From the human T2T-CHM13v2.0 reference genome, Homo sapiens, in the NCBI RefSeq assembly GCF_009914755.1, contig NC_060932.1: a stretch of 64,000 nucleotides of DNA; one strand, written 5' to 3'. The notes beneath the pieces were generated by a model. The model was not told where the DNA came from and made no database searches. It worked only from the letters and a program-made list of their open reading frames with translations. The translations under genes were made by a program, and so were the position numbers. This document shows positions 62,454-64,000 of this stretch, in pieces (within the stretch, counting starts at the first letter, position 1; every line of letters starts with the position of its first letter).

Positions 62454-64000
<1,547 letters not shown>

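Overview
Primate, almost certainly human, genomic DNA that is very rich in Alu elements. Positions 1-~27,740 are the 3' part of MTDH (metadherin/AEG-1/LYRIC) on the + strand. Five coding exons (8-12 by my recollection of the 12-exon model) splice by GT-AG into one frame ending ...KQIKKKKKARRET-stop at 22,150. A 3' UTR of up to ~5.6 kb follows, with several poly(A) signals, miRNA seed sites and inverted Alus. The rest is intergenic, towards LAPTM4B on 8q22.1 by known synteny, though that gene is not in the window. It holds stacked Alus, L1/L2/MIR relics, four ERV1-type solo LTRs (LTR15-like inside an Alu, two MER41 copies, LTR6-like), a MaLR LTR, an RPL23A pseudogene and a MER45A transposon containing a minisatellite. 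Nearly all ORFs in the supplied track are Alu artefacts. I found no convincing new biological system. The best leads are: a MER41 LTR with two intact GAS motifs paired with a GAS-less sister copy; a TSD-flanked mRNA-3'-end retrocopy carrying a sense AATAAA inside an MTDH intron; an orphan GC-box/CCAAT/TATA cluster; the transposon-born minisatellite; a U6 pseudogene split by Alus; and several local duplications. Repeat subfamily names come from remembered consensus sequences and need RepeatMasker/Dfam confirmation.
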